Positions 53,001-64,000 of a stretch of 64,000 nt of DNA are shown here, piece after piece. Within the stretch, counting starts at the first letter, position 1. Each line of letters begins with the position of its first letter. Source of the stretch: Convolutriloba macropyga (Eukaryota); assembly GCF_964194025.1 (NCBI RefSeq), contig NC_134468.1:87792001-87856000 (forward strand), read 5' to 3'. A program made the translations under genes and the position numbers. The notes under the pieces are model-generated. The model ran no database searches. It worked only from the letters and a program-made list of their open reading frames with translations, and was not told where the DNA came from.

Positions 53001-54360
53001 ACTCGCGGTTCGTGAATTTTCGTTTTTGGTCCAACAACTGCTGGCATCTTTTTTTTGCTACTTATATTATCTCTTGTAGCGGAAAGATAATGCAATTCCA
53101 ATTGGTTCTGTGTAGTAGAACTTTCGAAACCGATCTGTGTTTCGCAGTTTTTCAAAAGTACTTGATCAGTTTGTTGAGCTTGATTTTCTAAAAAGGGGTC
53201 CTGAGGTTGTTCATATGGCCGTTTTACCCGTTGAATGGCACTAGGGGAGATAGTTGTGAAAGTTGACATGTTGTCAATATTTTTAGGTATGGGAAATTGA
53301 TTGTAAGGTTTGTTCTGAATACTAATTTCATTATCAAATTGATACGTCTCCAGGTAATTATCCTCATCGGATGTTTTCTGATGTTTAGTTATGTTGGGCT
53401 CAACGTTGTTTTTACTATATCCTGAAAGATTTTCAGCATTTTGTCTAGTATTTTGAATGTTGGTGTTATGTTGTTTGGTGTCAAAAATTGTGCTTGTGGC
53501 TGTTGACAGTTGAGTTTTTGGCAAATTAACAAACTTTTTGCTGGAGGTTACATCAACCTCAAACGAAACGTCTATTGGTTGCTTTGTTGGAAGTAATGCG
53601 ATGTCTCCTGATGCGTTGGGATTCAGTTCGTCAGTTTGAATTGTGTCAAAGGCAAATGGATTTGTGGATGTATCCAGTTCTTGGTTCGCTTTGGCCTTTT
53701 TTGCTGAGAAAGTTTGACTAGTTCTCAGAAATTTTGATAACAGTGGTTGTGTATTGCTGTTTGTTGGCAAAAAGTGTGAAGGTTTTGTCCTGGGAGGCAT
53801 TGGTGGAGGTTGAAGTAGAGCTTTAACTTCATTATTGTTGTTCTGAACCGTCTGTGTTGATTTCTCGGTTCTTGTTGGCGATGATCTGTTGGATTCAAGA
53901 AGGCGTGAGCTGCACTACGAGCTGACGCTAATGTCATCTTGTAATCTAGTGGACGACTGGCTAAGCTGTCCATCGTCATCCAGGCTATTGATTTAATGTT
54001 CGAAGATCTGCAATTTCGAGAGAAGGTTTGACTGTCTTTCTGTTATTGATGAAACTGTGCTTGGACGACGGTTTTCGAGGAAATTTTTTTCAGTGGCTTT
54101 TATCAGTTCTTCCTTTGTTTCTTTGATGTTCTTGATTAGAAGAGTCAGCGTTCTAAAACTTGTTCTCTGCGAAATTGCGGTTTGCAGTAGATCGAGTTGA
54201 TTCTTGAAACTCAATTCTGACATCATGAAAATGTTCAGTGGGATTTGGCAGACCTGAGTGTTTTTCTTTGTCATCTTGTTGTTTCGATCTCGTTGTTTTT
54301 CCCGAGTTCTTTCTTAATTAGAGATAGTTAAAAACGGCTAGAACATTTCTTCGCGGCGCA
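47020..54360 (-). mobile_element. Second decayed BEL/Pao retrotransposon (different family), LTR pair not found
   Basis: gag FNGNSLRYHEW/YLQNSVSGKAK with Cys/His knuckles, protease LIDHGS, WYLPHHPV, RT FYIEDY, FDPIG, FWTDS, integrase GIDFIGP/CMVTRAAHLE/SDNGKTF, PGKDGSVRVVRVK. Confidence 0.93.
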
Positions 54361-55854
54361 ACATTTATGAAGTAAGGGGTTGAGATTCCCAACACCAATT
54401 CAATCATTAGACCTAATAATGTGTTTTTGGTTTTGATAGTTTTACCCAAAGGAAATCCCTCCAAAAACAGTTACACTATAATTGAAGCTAAATCTAGCTT
54501 TTAGATTTTTCGTTTGAGAAACACCGAAAAATCTCCAACCGTTTTTTTTCTCAACAGATTCAAATAATTGCTGGCTTTGTTTATGAACTTTTGACCAATA
54601 AATTTAGGATGACTAAATAATTGTTACATTAGACCAAGGACTTTTGCTTTTGTTAGTTGCTCACCACAATTAAATTTCAGATGTTTTTTCACTTCAAGTG
54701 AACGATACCCTAACCAATTGTGTCTGAGGCAAGGATTAGAAAAAAAGCTTCATATAATTCGTAATTAGGAAAAAGGCGATGCGTTCAGGCAACACGAGCT
54801 ACTGAACACAAATTAGGTAGCTTGCAAAGAAAATTTTTTGTTGTGAGAACTTTTCTGTTGACCAGTTATATGAAACCAGTCCGAAGGTAACATATGAAAC
54901 TAGTCTTTAATCATCGATCTTCATCATCTTTTAAGGTGACGTCTGAAACCAGTTTTTCTACTGTGACAGTTGGTGTCTATTGTGACCTTTGGAGAAAAAA
55001 CTTCCTCCATCTAATTGGTAACGTCTGTAACCAGGGAAAAAAGGACTTCAACTGTAACTGCTGAGACAGAGGACAAATTTAACGAAAAAAAATCTGAGCT
55101 TTGTAAAAGCTATGTTGCCATATGTTTTGATCAAGATTTTGCTATCTGAGTCGGAAAAATGCATGAAGCGTAAAAAATAATCTTCCTTATCAGCTAGCTT
55201 TTTGATCAATTGTTTTCGAATGTTCTGGCTCATGTAGCTTTCACTTTTCAATGACTTCGCAAAAGCATCAAAACTTTTTTTTGTTTTGCTTAATTAATTT
55301 ATTGCTGCTGTTTTAATCTAGTAAAGAGTTTTTCTTTCCAATAAAAGTGCAGCCATTCATCTAGAAAGAAAAGACGAGGCTGTAAGCAAAGTTGAAAAAG
55401 ACTCCAACAAACTTTAATATCTGATTCGGAAAAGGTAAAACTTTTCTATCAAAATCTTTTTGCAGCTCTTTTGTTAGCAACGACACTCGACTTTTGTTTT
55501 GATGGGCCTGAGTTTTAGCTGTCATCAACTCTTTTTTTATCGAAATAATGCAAAAGAATCAGTAATTCTTTTGTCCAAAACTTGAAATATTGTCAGAACT
55601 TTCAGAAAAGTAACAGTTGCTTCTTTGCTCAAGCTATGGTAAGAAAAATTCGAATTTTGAATCAATGTTTTTTAAAGGGGGAACGGGACTTCTTAGGCAA
55701 CGTCTGAGACCTAGGCGATCATCTGCGGTAATGTCTGAAACCGAAAACAAATATCATGGCCTTCTCTAGGTGACTACAGAAACCTATATTTTCCAAAAAA
55801 AAAATGTCACAGTTCAGATTTTGATTTTTTTTTTCGGTATAGTCAAAGAACATC

Positions 55855-55905
55855 CATTGTCATAGAATACCCATTGTCATAGATTACCCATTGCCATAGA
55901 ACACC
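55855..55905. repeat. 17-bp tandem repeat (cccattgtcatagaata) x3
   Basis: Directly visible. Confidence 0.85.
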
Positions 55906-56155
55906 AACAAGGCGGCATTCCGCTAACAACTAAATCTTTTAGAGTTCCAGTAACTGTGTAAATTAGAATTCCACCACCAAACTAGTGACGTATAGGTAAT
56001 TTGTTTTAATTGTGTTTTCATCTGATATCAGTTCGATTTTGTAATGATTTTTTTTGTAATATAGACATCGAGTTTTGGTCGTAATTAATGTTTGTTATTT
56101 GATTTTTATTTTTGTCTTTTTAGTAGCCCTTTTAACAGCAAGATTCATCGGCCCT

Positions 56156-56564
56156 TGTAATAGCTTAGGTTAGCTAATTGAAATGGATGAGTAGTGTGAT
56201 TACGCTATTTTGAATCTATTGTGGAATCGCAGGGCGAATCCTGAATTATGTGTATTTTATTAAATTTGCTAGATGAAATTGCAAGGCGAATCCAGATTAA
56301 GTTGAACTTGAGTAAGTGAAGAGCAATTACAGAGACAACTTGAATTCGGGAGAATAATCGAGATTATGATTACTTAACATAAAATAGTATAAAAAACTAT
56401 GAAATAATTTAGTAGACTAGCGTCAATATAGATATATGTGAATGAAAAAAGTCATCATAGCCTTTGTTATAAAACGCATGATATAAATATTAAAATAGCG
56501 GGTAATTTATAATTTAGTAAACATAAGGGTTTCAATATATAATTATGTATCCATAGGTATGACA
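56156..56564 (-). repeat. 3' LTR of Gypsy element
   Basis: 409 bp, about 33 differences from 62564-62973 by manual count. Confidence 0.95.
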
Positions 56565-57200
56565 TTTCCCCCATGACAGAAAAAAAATTTTGTAATGTAT
56601 TTACAATTTGTTTAGAAAGTAGCAACAAAAATAAATTAAATATGTGGAAGAGAATGGACAGTACAAGTGTCGGAATCATTAGTGGATAAGCGCCACGAAT
56701 CTAAAATTAAATAAACGAAAAGGCAATATTTTATGCACTTGTAGAGCAAATACATTTGAAGAAATTTAATTGCACAAGCATTGGATATACTATTGAATAC
56801 TATATGGATGGAATTGCGAGGCGGTTGCAGCAACTGTAATTTTCAAAAACAACGAAAATGGGATTCGCAGGGCAAATACATGAAAGAATTGCAATTGAGG
56901 AAATGAAGAATGAAATTAATAAATAAATGAAACACAAACACAATAAATTGTATTCGCAGAGAGAATACATGACTGAAGTTTAATGGAATAGTTTTTTCAA
57001 CAGTATTGAAGTTTTATCAATTGTCCTTAAATTTCGTTCTCAGCATCCCATACTGACATCTCTATTTGTTCATATTCATAGTAACGGATTTGGGAGTCGG
57101 GTGGAGATACTTGACCAATTTGGTTATCAGGCCTTGGTGGAGATGGAACTCGAGATTGTTCAGCACTTTGAATTAAGGCAACTACCGATTCATCGGTGAC

Positions 57201-60200
57201 TTAACTTTTCTTGCTTTGTTTTTTCGTTATACGTTTCTTTGATTTGGAAGGGTTAGAAGATGTCAATGAACTAGTTGGTGAAATGTCTGCCTCCGTAAAG
57301 CCGTAGAATTGAGGTCGTTTTCGCTTCCGCCCTTCGTTCTGTGATGAAGAATCTGATACCAGTGACAATTCGGGTTGTTCTTGAGGTGGTGGTACTGGCG
57401 GAGCGGGTACTGATGAAATTCCAGGTTGGCCTTGAGATGCACTTTCACTGGGTTCGATCGGAGGGGCTGTGGTTCGTCGACGTTTAGGTTGCGGCTTTGT
57501 GGGTTGACGAACGGTTAAAGCACGGGTGACGTCGGAATTTACGGACGAGACTACTGATGTGGTGTCTCGCTGACAATGACGAATTTTAATTTCTCCCCTC
57601 TTCTGTTTTTTCAAGTCATTGCTATGCTTGGCTATTTTCGTTTCTATCGTTTGCTCATATGCTGCGGTTCTGCGCTGTGCGTAAGTCCACAGATTAGTGG
57701 CGCACTCTGCTTGAGTGCCAAACTTTGCCAAATCGCTATCCCGAACTTTTACAGGTGCTCGTACTGGCTCGTTGATGATTGTTGTCGTTGGGGAAGAATT
57801 GGTCACATACGATCCAGGTTTGAGTACTTCTTACAAGCCAGCAAGTTGTCTTTTTGCTCTCTTCTTGTTCGGCAGTTTTCGGGCAACTTTGATGTTTAAT
57901 GAGGCCTCAGTCCTGGGAATGGGGTTCGGTATTTTTGGGTGGATTATGAATCGGGATTCCTTGTTATTGCAGTCACGATAGCGGCGGCCTGCGTCATGTT
58001 TTGCTCGACACATACTTTTCTCAATCTCCAAATCGCTCCTATCGGGTTTGATCCATCCCAACTCGTTGAGGAAATCATCTGCGGGGACCGTGTCGGCATC
58101 TAAATAGTGGTTAATAATTTTTTCATAAGTTAAATTTAGACCCGAAGGAACAGTACTAATATTCTTTAAAGGCGTATCTGCAGGGCGACCAAAAGGAGCT
58201 TCGAACGGTGTTATCTTTGTAGTTTTCTGTTTTGTTAGACGGATGTCTGTAATAATCTGTTTAATTGCAATGGAAGTAGCAAAGGTTTCTCTTTTCTCAG
58301 CTTTCATGCAGGAGAGACGCCTTTTTATTGTTCAAATCATTCGCTCCACTAATCCAATAGCCCTATGATAACCTACAGGAGCGTCGAGAATGTCAATATT
58401 ATTTTTATTGCAGTAACTTGTTAATTGTTTACCTAGTAGACAGGTAGCTCGGTCTAAACTTATCGTTCGTGAAATCCCAAGATTATATGCATATTCTCGT
58501 AGAAATTTAACTACATTTGTCCCATTAGCCTTTTCAAAAATCTCAACTGTGGGGTACTTTGAATAACGATCGATACATGTGAGAAAGTAGATTTTTTTTT
58601 AATCTTTTTCATTCAATATTGGACCTCCAAAGTCAATTTGAATTTCCTCATTATGGTCTTGATATAGTTTATGTGGATGCCATTTAGATTTAGGGATGAT
58701 AGGTCTGAGGTTCTTACCAATATCTGTACACGGAACACAATCAGAAGTTTTAGCGAGAATTTCCCTATGCATGTAGGGCCAACATGCATATTGGGATAAG
58801 GAGATCATCCCCCAGCTTCCTGGATGCGTCATATGAATTGACTCGATTACATGATCTTTGATCGAGTTCGGGATCGCGACGCGTTCGTCGACGCAAAGAC
58901 ATCCGGATTTCACGTGGAGGTCCTTCCAGAAAGAGTGGATGTAGTGACTGACCTCTTTACATCTAGCCTCGTCATCTTGCATCACACAGTCCTTGATTTC
59001 CTTTAGAACAGCATCCTTGCTGGTGAAGACTGCGAGGAAGGACTTCGTGAATAGTTGATTTAAATTATTTTAAATCCTCCCGGGATAGCTCGATGTCTCG
59101 GTGTTCGGGTGATGAAGAGGCCGGGGTATTGTTGATGCTTGCACTAGTGTTTTTATTTGGCGTTGATTGTGCTCTGAAGGTAACTCGGGGAGTTTGCGGT
59201 TAAGTTGAGGGGTTGTGTTGAGCGGACTCATTAGCAGACATGATATGATTTACGTTTTTGCTAGGATTGGTGGCTGAATTTAGCTTCAAATTTTGTGACT
59301 GGATTTGCGAAGCGGGTACAGTATTAATTTTGAGCAAGTGATTTGCGTGAAAATTGAAGTTGGAAATGAATTTTGGATTGTAATTATTTGCTTTAGCTAC
59401 AGTAGTGAGTGAGTTATTTGAGGCATTTGGAGTATGTGCGCTGCTTTTTGCAAGTTTGCAAGAGTGGACGCGCGTCTTGTTTACTTGTAATTGACTTTTG
59501 AGTGACTAAATAAGGCTGTAATTGCGTCGCGAATGCGGGAAATTGTAGCTACCATGATTTCCTCATCATATTGAGTGATGCTTTTTACTTTCTGATTTGG
59601 TTGGAGCGAAATATAATGAACTAATCCCATTCTAGTGCCAGGGATATGTTCTATATTAAAATCAAAGGGTAACAAACGATCTATCCACCGTGTTAATCGA
59701 CCATTACAGGATTTATTTGAACAATGAGATTTAAAAACGGAAAGAAGTGCTCTATGATCTGTCAATACTGTAAAATTTTTTCCCAAAAAGATAATATTTA
59801 AAGTATTCGGTGGCCCAAACCACGCCGAGCAATTCTAGTGCAATGATACTGTAACGTTCTTCATTGCTTTTAAGGAAACGAGATGCAAAAGCTACCGTTT
59901 TCCACCCCTCACTATCCAATTGTTCAAGCTCAGCGCCTAGACCTTGGCAAGATGCATCGCATTTGACCCGCGTCTCCAAGGTCGGATCAAAATGAATGTT
60001 TTCCGTAGCATTTGCAATTGTAGTTTTAATATGTTCGAAATAAATTTTGTGATTTTCAGTCAAGAGAAATTTTTTGTTTTTCTTTAAAAGAGGCCGAAGA
60101 CAGTGACAAATTTTTGCGAAATTGGGAATGAATTTGCTTAGATGATAAACAACAAGATGACAAGGCCCAAGAAGATTCATAGTTGTTTTAATCTTTTTGG

Positions 60201-62564
60201 AGCCTTGATTTCTGCTATTGCTGCTGTTTTCGATTTTATAGGTTTAACACCATTTTTGGAAAATGTGAAACCAGGCCAGTTTATCTGGTGTTTTGCAAAA
60301 TGACATTTACATAAGTTTATTCTGAGATTATCGGCATCAAGTTTTTGTAAGCATTTGTAGACGTATTGGATGTGTGATTCCTTACTCCCTTTGCTAACTA
60401 TAACTATGTCGTCAAGAAAGCAATATGTATAAGTCAAACCAACCAATGTGTAATCCATGGCCTTTTGAAACTCCGCCGGCATATCGGAAAGACCATAAAA
60501 ACCCATTTTAAAACGATACGTACGAGTCAAGTCACAACGAATATTATTGAAATTACAGTGGCGAGAGGTCTCCGGATGCAATTTTAATTGGCTATACGCA
60601 TATTTTAGATCAATTGTTGGAAAATATACGTTATCACCTGGATTGGAATCGTTGATGTGCTGTGAAATAGAATCGATAAGACTGTCTATTTTCGGCATTT
60701 GGTACTCATTTTTATGAGTTGCTTTATTCAAAACTTTTGAATCAAGGGCTAATTTAACTGATTTGTCTTTCTTAACTGTTATTACGATTGGTGAAATAAA
60801 ATTTTTATCGGAGATTTCCTGTTACTTTTCGATATGTCCTTGATATGAGAGTTTCTCCAGTTCATCAGATACTTTATGACACAAATTTATAAGAACACGC
60901 CGACCTTTTTGATGTGATGGGGTATAATGTTTATGAAATTTTGAGCGAACTTTATGTAAATTTGACTTACCAATTCTGGAGATTAAATCAGGAAAATCGG
61001 CTGCAATTTGTTTTTTGATTGGACAGTTTTCCTGTTCTACCTGATTAACTGTATTCGGGCTGTTAGATTGTTTAATTGAAAGTCCGAGGGCAGGGAACAA
61101 ATCTCTACCCAATAGCGAACGGTGACCATCTGTCACTACTTGAATTTCAATTGGACTCGCGTACCAATTGTTGCTTTGAATTGACGTTTGTATAATATCT
61201 AGCGTTTGAATGACTTCATTAGAGAAAGTTTTCAATTGTTTGGGAACCGCCTGGCGTATCCACTTTGAATTTGAGTCCTGGGAAATGATGGAGTTTGCCA
61301 GCGTTTAATTTATTATCGTGCAAACGCTGCCCGAATCCACCAAAACATTTGTTGCTGTATTTCCGAGTACCACAGGGAGATTAATTGCTTCTATTGAAGT
61401 TGCAGAGTCTGCTGAAAATACTGATACAATGCAGTTATCTTCATGCGAAGAGTAGTTCGATTCCAAATCAGGGTTGAACTCTTCCGAAATTTGATTAACA
61501 TTATCAGTCTGATCTTCTTTTTCGACATTGTTGACCCGGGGTCTAGGTTTTGGATATGAGCTAGGATCCTTGGGTTTGCGACAAACTTTAGCAAAACGAT
61601 TTTCAATGCCACAGTTATTGCATTTCTTCCCACGTGCAGGACATTTGTTTCAATGTTCTGAAGTCCAATTCATTCCACAAAAAAGACAAGTCGTAGGCTT
61701 TTTCCCTGCAGTCGTGTTCATATTTGAGAAGGGGCTAGCATTTGCGATGCGCATCCGTTGTACTTGATTGACTGTGGAATTGAGTTCGGATTTAATTGCA
61801 GTCATTTTTAGTTGATTGAGAGTACCCATTTCGATATTGATTGCAATTGCCAAAGCTTTATCGGGTTCTACCGTTTCTTTTAAAAGCTCTTTTTGAATAT
61901 CTTCATCTTACATGTTAGCAATAAAAACATCTCTGATAATTGTATCTCCCTTTTCTCCTAGATCACAGTTTTCGGAAAGTTCTTTGAGATGACCGTAGAA
62001 TTTTTCGATTGGTTCCCCCTTCTGCTGTTTCCGCGTGAGAAAGCGATACCGATCAAACGTTATATTATGGACTCGATTGAAAGTTTTGTTTAGGATATCC
62101 CAGAGATTCCTTGTCGAAATTTCATCTAAATTGGTAGTCGAATTCATTGACTTGAAATCTTGTCGGCCTTCCGTTCCGAGACTCAAATACATCAACGAGG
62201 AGGCTTTCCGATCACAGATTTTCTAGGGTTGGTCTCCGAACATTACACCTATAGCCTCAATGCGCAAGCTGTTGTTTTTCCATGCCGTCTTTGCTTGTCC
62301 ATTACGAGTACGTCGATCTCGTTCCGATTGCGCTGTAGGATTTTCAACCGCATTTTCGTAGGTGGGTTCAGGAGGTAAAATAACATGCTCTGGATGGTCG
62401 GCCAAGAGAAGATCCACTATAATCCCTTCACGAGCAAGAATCTCAAGTTTAAGTTGTGTTCTCCAATACTCCCATGAAAGAGGGGGTTCTAGAGTTGCTT
62501 TCTCCCAAAAAGGTTGAATTCCGAGTGGAGATTTGCCATTGTGCTTTATTGCTGACTGCGCCAT
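57201..62564 (-). pseudogene. Gypsy gag-pol polyprotein, disrupted
   Basis: Successive minus-strand ORF fragments in gag-PR-RT-RH-INT order, plus a Pro/Ser/Lys-rich C-terminal tail. Confidence 0.93.
62550..62563 (-). promoter_or_regulatory. Primer binding site, tRNA-Ser-like
   Basis: TGGCGCAGTCAGCA directly abuts the LTR and resembles the complement of animal tRNA-Ser 3' ends (...GACUGCGCCA). Confidence 0.75.
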
Positions 62565-62973
62565 GTTATAGATTAGGTTAGCTATTTGAAAAGGATGAGT
62601 AGTGTAATTACACTATATTGAATCTATTGTGGAATCGCAGGGCGAATCCTGAATTATGTGTATTTTATTAAATTTGCTAGATAGATTCGCAAGGCGAATC
62701 CAGATTAAGTTGAACTTAAGTAAGTGAAGAGCGATTACAGAGACAATTTGAATTCAGGAGAATAATCGAGATTATGATTACTTAACATAAGATAGTATAA
62801 ACAAACTATGAAATAATTTAGTAGACTAGCGGGAATATAAATATATGTGAATAATAAAAGTCATCATAAACTTAGTTATAAAACGCATGATAGAAATATT
62901 AAAATAGAGGGGAACTTATAATTTAGTACACATAAGGGTTCCAATATATATTTATGTATCCATAGGTATCACA
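62564..62973 (-). repeat. 5' LTR of Gypsy element
   Basis: 410 bp, immediately followed on the minus strand by the PBS. Confidence 0.95.
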
Positions 62974-63516
62974 GCCCTCTACCGCTGCAATAATTTATTC
63001 CATTAGTGGTTTATTGAATGATATGTATGTTTTTGAATGTTTTCTATCTCTCCATCATTTGGTAGCCAATTAATACAAGAATGTGGATGAGCGGAGTCGG
63101 AACGCACATTACCGAGCCTCTTGTTTTGCATTGGCCTTCATACTCTTCTGGATGAATTTCAAGTTACCCTAGCTACGGCCTGGACTTTTTGCAAAGACTC
63201 AATAAATCGAGGACGGGGTAATCGAGGACGGGGTAATCGAGGACTCTAGTTAAAGTGGAGCCTTATTCTCTTCAGATGTGAAACACAATCTCACAATTGC
63301 GATATACGATCAAGAACTGGACCAGCAATTTTTGGTACATCTGGATCAGTTTTGTTTACGGCAACCAACTTCGTGTGTTTTCAACACACTGCTGCTGTCT
63401 CTAGGAAAGAGTTATTATGGTCATAGCAACTTAACACACATCAATTAGGCAATCCTGTTTCTGTAGAGATAATTGTTAGGTCTCGGATTCATCCAAACGT
63501 CGCTACTAAACAGGCC

Positions 63517-63671
63517 TAAAAGTCCTGTTATGCAATTGTGTCCCACTAAAAACTCTAAAAACAGCTGAACAACGTAGCTCTAAGCAGGCGAGCAAAGTTG
63601 CTCTATTTTTCATAAAACTGTCTAGGAGTATTTGATTACTATTTGCTTTCCACAATTTGACAATTGACATT
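63517..63671 (+). repeat. Duplicate of 46663-46817
   Basis: taaaagtcctgttatgcaattgtgtcccactaaaaactctaaaaacagctgaacaac... is near-identical in both places. Confidence 0.92.
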
Positions 63672-64000
63672 GGGGGGGGGGGAGGGGGGAGGGGTGGGGT
63701 GGGGCTGCTTACAGTGAATGTTAGAATTGTGTTTGTTCGCCCTTGACACTGCTCACTGACATTTAAAAAATATTGGTATATGCAACATCAAAAAAGAAAT
63801 AAAAGAAACCGCTGCAGTGTAGTGTGAACTGAATAAAATGTTTGAGTTATAATGTTGTGCCAGTATCAACCTCTTTGTAGACTATCAAATATTTTGTGCA
63901 CATAAACAAACATTGTACCAACATTTTCTCCAATTTACTTACTTTGAGCGCATAAACATATTGAGTGTTTGATACTAAACGTGTGGAATTTACCAATTTC

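Larger units (their letters stand above)
56156..62973 (-). mobile_element. Full-length decayed Ty3/Gypsy LTR retrotransposon, Mag-like
   Basis: LTRs 56156-56564 and 62564-62973 (TG...CA), TSD GCCCT, PBS TGGCGCAGTCAGC (tRNA-Ser-like), PPT tgggggaaa. Domains: two gag Cys/His knuckles, protease LVDSGS, RT IDLKYAY/FLDD, RNase H CDAS/TDH, integrase HMTHPG..CVPC/QIDFGGP. Confidence 0.96.
55991..63128 (-). repeat. Third fragment of the non-LTR element (55991-56155 plus 62979-63128), split by the Gypsy insertion
   Basis: The joined flanks are colinear and highly similar to 45512-45839. Confidence 0.9.

Overview
AT-rich eukaryotic (animal-like) genomic DNA dominated by transposable elements; no rRNA, tRNA or CRISPR array was found. 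(1) One host gene, not shown as a unit by the ORF track, can be assembled on the minus strand. It has 7 phase-compatible coding exons over about 37 kb (38478 to 1171) and encodes a 408-aa Lys/Glu/Gly/Tyr-rich disordered protein. One junction appears to need a non-canonical GA-AG intron (AAG|GAATGT at 11041/11040). (2) A complete but decayed BEL/Pao LTR retrotransposon (12623-20908, TSD TAATC) sits inside a CR1/L2-like LINE, which also carries an internal inverted duplication. (3) A second, unrelated decayed BEL/Pao element lies on the minus strand at about 47020-54360, with no LTR pair found. (4) A complete Mag-like Ty3/Gypsy element (56156-62973, minus strand, TSD GCCCT) has its empty target site in a paralogous repeat at about 45670. 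(5) Three copies of an ancient non-LTR (R2/NeSL-like) RT element share a strongly conserved ~44-nt hairpin motif and apparently a head-to-head partner region. (6) There are many MITE-, SINE- and Helitron-like repeats. All alignments, translations and divergence values were done by eye and are approximate.
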